DNA of 64,000 nt from Fibrobacterota bacterium (GCA_042567505.1 JBHPJW010000003.1:7071-71070), one strand, 5' to 3'; counted from the first letter of the stretch, positions 25,356 to 35,460 are shown. The notes: generated by a model not told the origin, from the letters alone. Made by a program: numbers and translations.

Positions 25356-26819
25356 CTAATTCAGGACAATCTTTCCAGTACCCGATTGGCTTTTTCCGCG
25401 TACTTTGACTACATAAGTCCCGCTTCTTACAAAACCGCCTTTGCGGTTACGTCCGTCCCACAGCAGCCTTCCGCTCAACTGGGATTTGGGCATGAGCTTG
25501 CGCACCAGGTTTCCCCGGGCATTGTAAATGGACGCGGAAAGGATTTTATCCGAGCTGGAAAAGGGTATTTTTATCGCTTTTGAGCGGTATTTTCCGGCGA
25601 TCAGGTGCAGAAAAAGGACGTTCTTCTTTGCCGGGGGCTGTGGGCTGGAGACCGTGTAGTCCCGGGTCACCAGTCCGACTCCCCTGCCTTCATTCTCATC
25701 CGGTGACATTGCGATGAAATTGTCCCGGTCGCTTTCCGAGTATCCGAAAGCGGTCAGGAACTCTTCCGCATAATCGGTATGGCTGGCGCCCATCTCCTCT
25801 TCCCTGATGAGCTTGACGGTGGCATAGTCGACTGCAGGGCCGAAGGTGCCCATGATCATGGCATAATTGAGGTTGTCCGGTTCCCCCATGGGCCCGCCGG
25901 TCATGGAGTAAATGGCATCCATTACGACCAGCTGCTGCCTGGGCACATCTCCTCCCAGGATGGCGCCGCTTTTATTGATGGAGATCAGGTAGTTGAATTG
26001 CTCATCGTTATTGCCATCGTGACCGGGACTTGGGTCAAAAGTGCCGAAATGGTTTTTCATGCTCAAGGTGCAGCGGCCCCGCGAGTCGGTGTGTCCTTTA
26101 TTAACTGCGAAATTAACCAGGATATCAATACTCCCATTGGCCAGGTCGCCCGTGCATTCGGCCGTACCGTCCCAGGGGCGCGGGACATCGGTAGATTCCA
26201 TGTCTCCCAGAAGGCCGTTGCCGTTGCTTATCCGGACCCCATCCGGCAGCCCGTTCCCGCCCTCGTAGGGGCTGTATTTGGAATTTCCCGAAGCATTGTG
26301 CCTGCCGTCAAAAATAATCATGTTGGCAAAGGGCACCCCCGGATCCTGGCCTTTGTCACGGTTCAGCTCCAGGCATATTTTTTCAATCATGGTGATTTTT
26401 GTCTGGACCTGGGTTTCAATGCAGTTCACCTTCATGGCCACCCGCAGCTCCTGCCAGGTTTTGTCCGGGGGTTTCATGAAAAGAGTGTCCCAGGCTGTGT
26501 CATTATCGTTTTGCTGGGTGAGGTACCTGGCCATGGCATCCATGTTGGCATGGACAATGTCCCGGTCCATGTTATCGTTGACATCGCTGAAATCCCAGGA
26601 AGAGGGAACGTCGTTGAGAATCATGTCGGGGTCTCTGACCATGGCCACTCTCAGATTATCGACCTCGGGGTTGATTTGCAGTTCGGAATTATCCTCCGGC
26701 CACTCCTTGGCAGCGGCTTGAGAGTCTGTTGTGGTAATTTTACAGGCGGCAAGACCCGCCAGGCCGAGCGCTGAAGACTTCAAAAAAGTCCTCCGGCTTT
26801 TACATACTTTTTTTGACAT
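25356..26819 (-). CDS. Tat-signal DUF362-like protein with C-terminal FlgD-Ig/T9SS-type sorting domain
   Basis: The N-terminus KSRRTFLKSSALGLAGLAA is a textbook twin-arginine motif. The central CTLSMKNHFGTF resembles the DUF362 ...LKNxFG block. The C-terminal LLWDGRNRKGGFVRSGTYVVKVRG...GKIVLN resembles FlgD-Ig/Por secretion tails. Confidence 0.65.
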   Translation of the reverse strand: MSKKVCKSRRTFLKSSALGLAGLAACKITTTDSQAAAKEWPEDNSELQINPEVDNLRVAMVRDPDMILNDVPSSWDFSDVNDNMDRDIVHANMDAMARYLTQQNDNDTAWDTLFMKPPDKTWQELRVAMKVNCIETQVQTKITMIEKICLELNRDKGQDPGVPFANMIIFDGRHNASGNSKYSPYEGGNGLPDGVRISNGNGLLGDMESTDVPRPWDGTAECTGDLANGSIDILVNFAVNKGHTDSRGRCTLSMKNHFGTFDPSPGHDGNNDEQFNYLISINKSGAILGGDVPRQQLVVMDAIYSMTGGPMGEPDNLNYAMIMGTFGPAVDYATVKLIREEEMGASHTDYAEEFLTAFGYSESDRDNFIAMSPDENEGRGVGLVTRDYTVSSPQPPAKKNVLFLHLIAGKYRSKAIKIPFSSSDKILSASIYNARGNLVRKLMPKSQLSGRLLWDGRNRKGGFVRSGTYVVKVRGKSQSGTGKIVLN

Positions 26820-27079
26820 TAATCGCGTCCCTCCCTTAGAAAGATTAAAAATCTTGAAAAACAGTGGATATAACTTTAATATATCCTTTTTGGATAATAA
26901 TGCTTCCCGTTTAATAGTACAATATAACCACCATTATGGCGGGATAACCACTTATCTGGGCAATTTGAAGCCTCTTTAAATAAAAGTTATTTATAAAAAA
27001 GGCTTCCGATGCTGTTCAGGGTCCCTCTCATATAAAGCGCCCGGGGACAATTCCCTTGTTATTAGCCAAATTTGAAGAA

Positions 27080-30000
27080 ATGTATCCCATTGTAAGACTG
27101 ATCTTCCTCTTCTGCCTGCCAATCCTGGCGGTACATTCCTGTTCTAAGTTTACCCTTTTTCAAAAAGAACCGATGGAAATATATGTTCCTGTCAAAGACA
27201 CCTCTCTGCGGATAAACATCAGGTCACTGCCGGAATTAAAAATCAACCGGAAAAAAGAAAAGAAAAGGCAAAAGCAGGAGGCGAAATACAGATTGCGGTT
27301 GAAGGAACTCTTTCAACCGGAAACTTCACCGATGGGGGCATATAAAAAACTCAAATCCGAATTTAGTGACGCCAGAAACAGTGGGATGCTGGCGGCTTTG
27401 TTTTCACGCTTTGCCGAAGCCCCCTGTTTTATCAGGCATAGAAGAAAAGGGCCTGAGTTTACCGAATTTCTGGGTCTCTGGGTTAAGGACGCGCTGGTGC
27501 AATCCGATGACGACATCCGGCTGCTCTATTCGGATTTCTATTACAAAATCCGCCCGGTCAGCCTGGCCTGGAGGCCTTTTATGCTGAAGAACAACAGACT
27601 CAGGCCGGGAGACTCACTTGAGCTGTCCTCTCATGCCCTGAAAAAAGGTGAATCCGGGAAAGGGACCTTTCAGGTGAAGGTGGAGCGGTTGTCTTTAGAT
27701 GATAAGGGAAAAGCCGGAGGGTACAAATCATGGCATAATGAAACACTGACGGCCGGAACAAGAATATGCAGGTACATGAGAAGCATGGAAACCAGCGGTT
27801 TATACAGGGTGAGTATTCACAATCGGTTCTTTTTCCAGCAGTTTTATTTTCAGGTTTCCTGGCTGGATGTAACGGTGAAAACAGATGGAGGGCTTTTGTT
27901 GATCTGGGGTTCCTCATATAAAAATTTCCTCCCTCCCCCCTATGAACTGTACCTGTACCGTGAAGACGGCAGGAAGTATAAACTGGATACCGATTCAGCC
28001 GGTCTTTGCGTTCTCATAAGGCGAAGCACTGATTACAGTCTTTCGGAAATGTTCAGGCTGCTGGTGACGAAGGACGGAAATTTCGCTTTTGCTCGGGGGA
28101 GTATGCAGGCTTTATCTGAAAGGCGGGATGACTGGTTTCTGGATATCCACACTGACAAAAGAGAGTACCGGAAAGGACAGAAAGTTCATTACCGGGGCAT
28201 TCTCATGAAGAAATCAGCCGACGGGTACATGCCTCCGGAAGTGGACATGATTAAGATTGGTATTTATGACTTCAAGGACAGGGAAATCTACGCAAAATTT
28301 CTGCTCGTTGACGATATCGGCCAGTTTGGAGACTCGCTGGAACTTCCGGTCTCGGCGGAGACGGGAGAGTACCGCATCATGCCCCGCTATGTCAGGAGAA
28401 AAAAATCCGATGACGAAAGAGAAGAACTCAGGCTGGAAGGATCCGTCCCTTTTTATGTGAAAGCCCAGAATAAATCATCTTTCACCCTTTCGGTTTCTCC
28501 GTCCAGGAAAAAGCAGAAAGCGGAAGAACCCGTCAGGGTGGTCATAAAGGGACATGGGCCGGGAGGAGTGGAAGTGGGCATGCCGGTTGTGGTGCGCTGG
28601 TATGAGTCCCCGGCATCGATCCTATCCGATCTTTCCTCCCCGGGCAAGACTTCCCTGGCCTTCCGGCCTGGAGACAAAAGGACGTTATTGCGCGTGGATA
28701 CAGTGAGATTCTCGCCCCTGGGGTTTTTGAAACTGGCATTCGATGCCACGGTTTTGAGCTCCGGCAGCTTCCTGGTTGTGGAGGCCGAAGCCATGGTTTC
28801 CAACCGGGTCAGGGCTGTCGCATCGGCTTTTGTCCAGGTGGCCAGGCACGACCTGTATATCTGGACCCAATTGGAAAATCATGAGGTCAAAACTGGAGAA
28901 AAGGTAAACATCACCTACCATCTTATTCCGGTTTTTAAGCGGTTGGATGTATCCGATGTATGTGTCAGAGTCTTCCAGGACGCTGATACGGTCCTTGAAG
29001 AGACATTAATGCCGGACAGCATTGGCAGCGGTCTGTTCGCGTTCCAGCCCCGGCGCAAGGGCGCTTACACCATTGAGTTCGCGGCGGAAGCCGGCGGGCA
29101 GGAAACAGTTTCGGCAAAGGAAAACGTTTATGTCTATGACAGGCTTGGAGAAAACTGGGGGGAAAATACCCTCCGCATCAGCTCTGATAAGCGGGTTTAT
29201 CAAAGGGGAGACACGGCCAGGCTGGTGGTGAACACGGGTTTGGAAGGCGCCTGGGTACTGTGTACCGTCGAAGACATAAAACTGCTCTATTTCCGGGCAA
29301 GATACCTTTCCACCGGCCGGACAGAGTTCCTCCTGCCGGTCGACAGGCTCGGGGATGCCGGCGGGATATGGTTTTCCTGTTCCGGCCGTGAAGCCATGAT
29401 AAGGAAAAACTTTTCTCTGGAAATCACTGACACCAATACCTCGGTACAGATAGGGCTGTCCGGAGGACGAATTCTCAAGCCGTCAGAGGAATTTGTTGGT
29501 AAGGTAAAAATTACCGATTATCAGGGCAGACCGGTATCGGCGCAGTTCTCGGTGGCTCTGGAAAGGGCAGACAAACAAAGGCAGAAGCCGGGCGCCGAAC
29601 CGGGGCAGAGGAGAGTGCAGCCCGGCGGCGGGGTTTTAGGTTCTCCGGTGAAGAATATTCTGAACTTCCGGGATCGCCGGGGAGTCCGTTCCTTTTCCGG
29701 AAGTTATTACGGATCAGATCTGCCCTTGATAAAAGGGCGGTTTCCAAAGGACTGGCCGGGGCTTCTTGATCCTCCTGTGACCGCGCCTGCTCCTATTGTG
29801 GAAGCTGATTATGTTCAGGAAAAGAAATGGTCCCTGCAACAAGCCGGCGGTTCTGAGGGTGATGGATCCGGTGTCATCCAAAGAGGCCTGGAAAGCCTCC
29901 TGAGAGACAAAACTCCAGATCAGTTCGACGGCGTGTGGCTGCCGCTGATTGCCACCAATGATTCCGGGGAGGCAATTTTGGAATTTTCTGTGCCTGATAC

Positions 30001-32041
30001 ACGTTGTGTCTGGGACATGATTATTACCGGAAACACCTCTGACGGCGCATTCCGGTATGAGGACAAAATCCGGGTGGAACAGAGCCTGAGAGTTGATTTG
30101 CAGACACCTCAGAGCTTCACCGCCGGAGATGAAGCCATGGTCCTTTCCGAGCTCTGGAATTATTCCTCCTACCCCCTGAGTGTCCAGGCGGTTTTGACCA
30201 AGGACTTTCCTGAAAACAGCATAGTCATATCCGGAGACTCCATTCAATCGGTGAGTATGGATCCGGAGACTCATACGGTATTACAATGGCCGGTGAGGTT
30301 CACCGGAGCGGGAACAGGGAAGTTGGCTCTGCACGCCTTTGCCGCTCATCACGTGCATCAGGACAGCGAAGTGGTTATAGTACGTAATTTGGGGAGACCG
30401 GGCGCGAATTCTCAAAGTAATTTGATACGGAAAGATAAAACTAAGTCAAAATTATTTTACCGCCTGGATTTAAATATGCCTGAAGGATCGGATTTTTTTT
30501 CCAGAGAAATGGAGATTGAGTTTTTTCCCACAGCAGTTCTTTCCGCCCTGGATGCTCTTAAGGGCCTGGAGTTGAAAGGAAATCCAAGCCTTGAGATGCT
30601 CATCAACAATTTTCTGCCCCATCTGGAATTAGCCGAAAGCCTTCCCTTCAAGCCCGGGAGAGACAGCCTTTTTAAGCAGGCCGGGCACAGGGCCATGCAG
30701 GCCATGAAGTCGCTCGTTCAATGGCAGAATCCGGATGGGGGCTTTGGGTGGTGGGTCCCGGACGATACTGATCCCAGAATGACTTCCCTGGCCATACAGG
30801 GCATGACCGGGGCCCGAACAGCACTTGGAGACGAATGGAGCGCGGCCATGGGAAATATGTACAGGCGGGGCATAGAGTCCGCTCTGTCTCAATTGAAACA
30901 AAAAAAGCTGGACGACGGCATTAAATCCTATCTGGCTTTTGCCGTCTGCAACACGCCCGAATTTAAAAAGACCACCAGGAGCATTTTGGAGGTATATAAA
31001 AAGCGCAAACGGCTTTCCTCCTACTCTCTGGCGCTGCTGTATGAATGCCTGTACAAATTAAAGCTCAAAGCGGAGGCCGGGGAGGTTCGGGCCCTGCTGG
31101 TTGACCGGGTCTTGAAGATTTCTTCCGAAGCGTCCTGGAGCGGCGATTACCGTTATGCCTGGTTCAACCAGTCCATAGAAACAACGGCCCAGGTCCTTTA
31201 CGTCCTGGCCAGAAATGATCCTGATCACGATTTCATATCCAGGATTATTCCTTACCTGAGCAGGAAAAAGTCCAACGGCGGATGGGTTTCTCCCAAAACC
31301 ACAGCCATGGTGATCCGCGCCATAGCGGCCTGGGCTCCGGAGCATGAGGAATGGGACCTGGAGTATACCGGGAAAATCTTTTTAAACAAAAAGAAGTACC
31401 ATGAGTTCCCGGTGGCGGAAGCACTGCTGCGGGACTTTGCCGGAGTGTTGAACGTCCCCTTGCCGGACATCAGCAGGGAAAACAGGATTGTGCTTGGTTT
31501 TGAAGGACAGGGCAGGCTCCATTATTCGGGCACCCTCAGGTATTTCCTGCCCATGCAGTCCATTCCTGCCTCCGGTCGGGAGTTTACCCTTGCCAGGGAG
31601 TACCACCGGCTGGTTTATTCCGAAGACGGCAAGGGCGGCTGGGACCTGCAGCTGGTTCCGGTGGAACGGGAAGTTCAGGAAGGAGATGAGCTGGAAGCAC
31701 GCATCACCATAAAAACCTATAAAGGTTATGAGTTTGTAAAAATAGAGGATTTTATCCCCCCTGGGTTTATTCATGTGGAAAAAACCCGGGAGTGGTATGG
31801 GAAGTGGATGGAAAACTGGAACTGGAGCCCAAGCAGTATTGAGAAGAACGGCGACAGGCTGGTGATGCATGTCAACAGAATGCCTGAAGGCGAACATACC
31901 TACCGCTATCTGATGAGGGCGGAAACCCCCGGGAGTTACCGGATCTGGCCGGCCGAGGTCTCCCTCGCGTATAATCCAGAAGTAAGGGGCAACTCGGCTG
32001 ATGAGATGATTATTGTGACGGAAATTACTTCCCGTCAATAA
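27080..32041 (+). CDS. alpha-2-macroglobulin family lipoprotein, thioester-less
   Basis: ~1,650 aa. The N-terminus MYPIVRLIFLFCLPILAVHSC is lipobox-like. There are many MG-type beta-sandwich stretches and an alpha/alpha-toroid TED-like region (QWQNPDGGFGWW, SRKKSNGGWVSPKTTAM). The position of the CxEQ thioester reads PSLEM. The ATG at 27080 is preferred over the tracked TTG at 27056. Confidence 0.85.
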   Translation: MYPIVRLIFLFCLPILAVHSCSKFTLFQKEPMEIYVPVKDTSLRINIRSLPELKINRKKEKKRQKQEAKYRLRLKELFQPETSPMGAYKKLKSEFSDARNSGMLAALFSRFAEAPCFIRHRRKGPEFTEFLGLWVKDALVQSDDDIRLLYSDFYYKIRPVSLAWRPFMLKNNRLRPGDSLELSSHALKKGESGKGTFQVKVERLSLDDKGKAGGYKSWHNETLTAGTRICRYMRSMETSGLYRVSIHNRFFFQQFYFQVSWLDVTVKTDGGLLLIWGSSYKNFLPPPYELYLYREDGRKYKLDTDSAGLCVLIRRSTDYSLSEMFRLLVTKDGNFAFARGSMQALSERRDDWFLDIHTDKREYRKGQKVHYRGILMKKSADGYMPPEVDMIKIGIYDFKDREIYAKFLLVDDIGQFGDSLELPVSAETGEYRIMPRYVRRKKSDDEREELRLEGSVPFYVKAQNKSSFTLSVSPSRKKQKAEEPVRVVIKGHGPGGVEVGMPVVVRWYESPASILSDLSSPGKTSLAFRPGDKRTLLRVDTVRFSPLGFLKLAFDATVLSSGSFLVVEAEAMVSNRVRAVASAFVQVARHDLYIWTQLENHEVKTGEKVNITYHLIPVFKRLDVSDVCVRVFQDADTVLEETLMPDSIGSGLFAFQPRRKGAYTIEFAAEAGGQETVSAKENVYVYDRLGENWGENTLRISSDKRVYQRGDTARLVVNTGLEGAWVLCTVEDIKLLYFRARYLSTGRTEFLLPVDRLGDAGGIWFSCSGREAMIRKNFSLEITDTNTSVQIGLSGGRILKPSEEFVGKVKITDYQGRPVSAQFSVALERADKQRQKPGAEPGQRRVQPGGGVLGSPVKNILNFRDRRGVRSFSGSYYGSDLPLIKGRFPKDWPGLLDPPVTAPAPIVEADYVQEKKWSLQQAGGSEGDGSGVIQRGLESLLRDKTPDQFDGVWLPLIATNDSGEAILEFSVPDTRCVWDMIITGNTSDGAFRYEDKIRVEQSLRVDLQTPQSFTAGDEAMVLSELWNYSSYPLSVQAVLTKDFPENSIVISGDSIQSVSMDPETHTVLQWPVRFTGAGTGKLALHAFAAHHVHQDSEVVIVRNLGRPGANSQSNLIRKDKTKSKLFYRLDLNMPEGSDFFSREMEIEFFPTAVLSALDALKGLELKGNPSLEMLINNFLPHLELAESLPFKPGRDSLFKQAGHRAMQAMKSLVQWQNPDGGFGWWVPDDTDPRMTSLAIQGMTGARTALGDEWSAAMGNMYRRGIESALSQLKQKKLDDGIKSYLAFAVCNTPEFKKTTRSILEVYKKRKRLSSYSLALLYECLYKLKLKAEAGEVRALLVDRVLKISSEASWSGDYRYAWFNQSIETTAQVLYVLARNDPDHDFISRIIPYLSRKKSNGGWVSPKTTAMVIRAIAAWAPEHEEWDLEYTGKIFLNKKKYHEFPVAEALLRDFAGVLNVPLPDISRENRIVLGFEGQGRLHYSGTLRYFLPMQSIPASGREFTLAREYHRLVYSEDGKGGWDLQLVPVEREVQEGDELEARITIKTYKGYEFVKIEDFIPPGFIHVEKTREWYGKWMENWNWSPSSIEKNGDRLVMHVNRMPEGEHTYRYLMRAETPGSYRIWPAEVSLAYNPEVRGNSADEMIIVTEITSRQ

Positions 32042-33269
32042 TCCGTATAGAGGCTCCAGAGGACATTTTCTGTGGCAGAGACCTCTGTCCCAACAGGTTG
32101 AGAGAAGGAAACTCTCCTGGATTATTTATCAAAATCAGAACGGGAGAGTACCTCTTCGGTTCCCGTTTCAGCCGCAGGGAAACGGACACAGATGCCGCGT
32201 CAAAGAGGCTGATTTCGCCTCTGTCCGGTATCGCATCGTAGTAGGCGAAAGAGGCGCCGCTTTCCTGCACCGGTACCACTGTCTGTTGGATCGTGTCCTG
32301 GACTACCAGCACGCTGGCCCAGGTGCCAGGGACCTCTGTTTTCAGGGTGAGGGGATAATTAAAAATGGAGTCGGGCATGCCGTCCGTAAGGGTCAGCTGT
32401 ATTTCTGTCTCCCGGGCAAAGAGTACATCCAGTGCGGCTTCCCGCCTCTCGATGATGTACCTGACCAGTTCGCCGAAGGTGGCGCTCCAGATTTCGTCCG
32501 AGCGGCTGGCGATGTAGCTCCAGTGCTGCTCGCAGAAGGACATGGACAAGGGCTCCCAGCCTTCCTCTCCCTGGCCGTGGAACAGCTCATTAAACCAGGT
32601 GCCCTCGTTAATGGCCTGGTCCACCCATCCATTGGCAACGGCCACAGCCGTACCGCTGGTCAAGACCTTCCTCCTCGAGTGCAGGAGTTCATCGTCCGTG
32701 GCTTCCAGAGAGTTGAAGCCGTCCGAACCGGTGCGCACGGCGTAATGCCGTTCGGCGGCCTTGGCGATGGCGGGTTCGCCCACGCTGCTGAAAGGGCCCA
32801 TCAGGGCGATGGTGTAATAGTTGGGGATATTGGCGTCAATTAGCTCTTTGGCGTAGTTAATCTGGAGCTCCAGCGAGTCTGGAGAGTCATCTACGCTCGG
32901 CAGATTGGGGTGTGTGTAGGTGTGGTTTTGCACGTCCAGGTGGCCTTCCTCAATCCTGGCGGCCCATTCAGCCCAGGTGCCGTGGTAACGTCCCACATTG
33001 GGTGGATCGCTGGGGGTGATGCCAATGTCTTCCACCCAGCCCACGGTAAGGGCCACAGTGCCCTTTAGATCAAATTCCTTCCACAGTGAGTCGAATACGG
33101 TGACGGATTCGTAAAACCCGTCATCGGAAACCTGCACAATCGCGGCCTGGCGGTTTCCCTTGGCCCGGCAGATTTCCGTATCTCCCGAAGCGGCCAGGCT
33201 GATTCCGGTGCCTAATTGGATCCCCCCCAGGAGCACAGTAAGGAATAGGATATCCGTACGATGCTGCAT
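32025..33269 (-). CDS. secreted polysaccharide deacetylase (CE4/NodB-like)
   Basis: Signal peptide MQHRTDILFLTVLLGGIQLGTGISLAA, NodB motif 1 VQVSDDGF and motif 2 QNHTYTHP. Its 3' end overlaps the A2M 3' end by 17 nt (convergent). Confidence 0.7.
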   Translation of the reverse strand: MQHRTDILFLTVLLGGIQLGTGISLAASGDTEICRAKGNRQAAIVQVSDDGFYESVTVFDSLWKEFDLKGTVALTVGWVEDIGITPSDPPNVGRYHGTWAEWAARIEEGHLDVQNHTYTHPNLPSVDDSPDSLELQINYAKELIDANIPNYYTIALMGPFSSVGEPAIAKAAERHYAVRTGSDGFNSLEATDDELLHSRRKVLTSGTAVAVANGWVDQAINEGTWFNELFHGQGEEGWEPLSMSFCEQHWSYIASRSDEIWSATFGELVRYIIERREAALDVLFARETEIQLTLTDGMPDSIFNYPLTLKTEVPGTWASVLVVQDTIQQTVVPVQESGASFAYYDAIPDRGEISLFDAASVSVSLRLKREPKRYSPVLILINNPGEFPSLNLLGQRSLPQKMSSGASIRIIDGK

Positions 33270-33374
33270 ACTTATCTTTTATATAACAAAAAAAGACCTT
33301 AATAGTAAGGTTAAGGGCTATTTTTCCCGCGCTGTTCTCAATTTAAACGTAAGGAAGCAGAGCCCTAAGAAACC

Positions 33375-34874
33375 CTAATATACAACAGCCACCGGCATTA
33401 GCCTGAATCGTTTACCCGACGCCTGGATGTACGGCACATAGATCCCTCTGGATAACCCGGTTTTTCGCAGGCTGTGTTTGTCCAGGAAACCCTCCGCTTC
33501 CCGGGCCGACAATCTCTGAGATAAGACCAGATCTCCCTGGACAGAATAGAGGAAGACATCAACTTCCTTTTTGTCCGCGAGAAAAGCCGCGGGCGGGTAC
33601 GGAAGCGCCGCCACCGTTTCTGAGCCGTCCAGGTCGGCAGCGTACTCTATGGTCTGTCCGTCCACTATCCAGTCGGATTCAATGGTCAGGATGGGGTCGG
33701 CCCCGCCTGCCGCCACTGCGCAGATAATGCTTTCCCCCGGGGCCAGGTTTTTGAGGGACTCAGCCGCCCGTGTGCCGTTTACCGCCACATGGGCATCGTA
33801 ATAAAACGGAGCCACTCCCTCGTTGGTCACCTCCACCAGGGACTCTCCCGGGCCGGACCGGAAAGCGGTAATCCGGAACTTATATCCGCAGGCCAGTCCC
33901 GCTTCCACCATCCGGGAGGCAGGCCAGTACTGGGGCTGAGCGTTGCCTAGCATATAAGAAATGCCGTGTTCCTCCGCGGATTCCTCAAAGGTCTTTCCGT
34001 TGGGGCCTCCGTCCGGATTGAGCACTTCCGGCTGTTCACCCGCGTAATAACTGAATTCCCCGCCATGGGGGGCTCTGAGGAACCGTGTCTCGTGATCCAG
34101 GGCGTCCCACCAGGTCGCGTTATTTTGTTCGTGGGCTCCCTGCATGAAAGAGTCGTCAAACAGGCCGAAGGCCATGTTCAGAATTTCCTCGTTTTCAACT
34201 ATAGGACTTCGGCTGCTGCTGTAGGAGTCAATGGAAACGCTGAAATGGAGGCGCTCAAACACACTGTCCAGATGAAAGAAAAACTGCTCCTGGTATTCCA
34301 GACTGGGAAATGCACCGCCCAGGAAATTATCTCCGTCATAATCCCAAGCGTGGTATTCTCCCCATAAGCCGAATCCGACTTGCACAAAGGCCAGGCGCGG
34401 ATCGCCATCATATCTCTCCGCCATGTTGGAGTAAAACTCAAGAGTGAATCTCTGCAGTTCCTCGTGTGACCAGTCGGGATACCAGGTGCTCCTTCCATCG
34501 CCCTGCGCCTGCTGCTCCTGGTAATCCGGCAGATCTTTTATGTAGTCTGGAACAGTGGTTTGGCTTCCCGGGTTCACGTACCTGAAACGGAATATGGCGC
34601 TATGGCCCCTGCCTTCCACGCCGTCCAATATCCCGTCCGCGCCCGACCAGTCGTATTGTCCCTGGCCCTCCACCACATCATTGAAATCCATGTATGCATA
34701 CTCTAGTTGAACAAAATTTTCGGTATTGTAACCGCTGGTTGTCCAGAAGGTAATTCCCGTCATGGGCTGCACATTTTCAATGCTGCTCTGCAGGGCAATG
34801 CCCTGCAGCTGAGCCTGAATCGCGGCCGCAAACAGGAGCATAAGTATTCCTGAAAATATGCTGTGATGTTTCAT
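33375..34874 (-). CDS. secreted glycoside-hydrolase-like TIM-barrel protein (DUF4874/DUF4832-like) with T9SS-type C-terminal domain
   Basis: Signal peptide MKHHSIFSGILMLLFAAAIQA. LEYAYMDFNDVVEGQGQYDW...RFRY...VQVGFGLWGEYH resembles the DUF4832 family as I recall it. The tail is VDVFLYSVQGDLV...GIYVPYIQASGKRFRLMPVAVVY. Confidence 0.5.
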   Translation of the reverse strand: MKHHSIFSGILMLLFAAAIQAQLQGIALQSSIENVQPMTGITFWTTSGYNTENFVQLEYAYMDFNDVVEGQGQYDWSGADGILDGVEGRGHSAIFRFRYVNPGSQTTVPDYIKDLPDYQEQQAQGDGRSTWYPDWSHEELQRFTLEFYSNMAERYDGDPRLAFVQVGFGLWGEYHAWDYDGDNFLGGAFPSLEYQEQFFFHLDSVFERLHFSVSIDSYSSSRSPIVENEEILNMAFGLFDDSFMQGAHEQNNATWWDALDHETRFLRAPHGGEFSYYAGEQPEVLNPDGGPNGKTFEESAEEHGISYMLGNAQPQYWPASRMVEAGLACGYKFRITAFRSGPGESLVEVTNEGVAPFYYDAHVAVNGTRAAESLKNLAPGESIICAVAAGGADPILTIESDWIVDGQTIEYAADLDGSETVAALPYPPAAFLADKKEVDVFLYSVQGDLVLSQRLSAREAEGFLDKHSLRKTGLSRGIYVPYIQASGKRFRLMPVAVVY

Positions 34875-34900
34875 TCTCTTCCTCCCTCTTCATCTTATGG

Positions 34901-34914
34901 ATGGTGTATGGTGT
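34901..34914. repeat. exact tandem heptamer ATGGTGT x2 (preceded by ATGG)
   Basis: Read directly in the spacer upstream of cutA. The tracked 178-aa ORF starts inside it. Confidence 0.85.
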
Positions 34915-35122
34915 TGTGGTTTTCTCCCTTTCAGGAGTCCAAAGACCTGTGGTATGTCAGAATAGAAAAAAGCGGGTGATGCCGAAGTCCCCCCTCACTC
35001 TAAATATAGTCCCATTTTTCATTTTACACTCACGATTTTACGCTGCGTATGGCGTAAAAAGTATATTCTGGAAATGTGGACAAGGTTTGCATGCGTCGGA
35101 TTTATACCCTGAAGGGAGGAAT

Positions 35123-35437
35123 ATGGAGTATTCTCTGGTATATATGACTGCGGGGAGCCAGGAGGAAGCGTCACGGATGGCAAGAACCCTGGTTGAGGAA
35201 AAGCTGGCGGCCTGTGTGAATATCATTCCGGGGATGAAATCCATTTACCGGTGGAAGGGGAAATTGGAGGAGGGCGCTGAGACCGTGGTAATAGCCAAGA
35301 CCAGGGAATCGCTGGCCGCTCAACTCACGGAAAGAGTGAAAAGCCTGCACAGCTATGAGTGCCCCTGTGTTGTTTCAATACCCATTCAATCGGGAAACGG
35401 GGCGTTTCTGGATTGGATCGGGAGTGAAACAGGGTAG
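35123..35437 (+). CDS. cutA: divalent-cation tolerance protein CutA
   Basis: 104 aa: MEYSLVYMTAGSQEEASRMARTLVEEKLAACVNIIPGMKSIYRWKGKLEE...YECPCVVSIPI. GGAGG lies 5 nt upstream of the ATG at 35123. The tracked ORF is 74 codons too long. Confidence 0.9.
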   Translation: MEYSLVYMTAGSQEEASRMARTLVEEKLAACVNIIPGMKSIYRWKGKLEEGAETVVIAKTRESLAAQLTERVKSLHSYECPCVVSIPIQSGNGAFLDWIGSETG

Positions 35438-35460
35438 CCTTTTAAGATGCGTATATACAT

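Noticed and set aside
25779-26774. 331-aa ORF antisense to the DUF362-like gene. Similar long antisense ORFs lie at 44984..45838 (opposite gpmI), 31382..32038 (opposite A2M), 15158..15718 (opposite recN), 61061..61675 and 61712..62179 (opposite the helical-repeat gene), and 62632..63114 (opposite the charged-repeat gene).
   Set aside because: In each case the opposite strand encodes a protein with clear family motifs or repeat logic. The antisense translations are compositionally odd (Gly/His/Val/Pro-rich or Phe/Ser/Leu-rich) and have no recognisable motifs. They are shadow ORFs.
34901-35122. N-terminal extensions in the ORF track: cutA (74 extra codons), gpmI (45761-45820), nadK (16770-16811), DJ-1 (1403-1429), SRPBCC (2013-2168), hemD (6634-6723) and the 266-aa ORF (60790-60888)
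   Set aside because: Family-typical N-termini begin at internal start codons. Several extensions run through heptamer stutters or overlap the preceding gene. Starts were trimmed accordingly and remain predictions.
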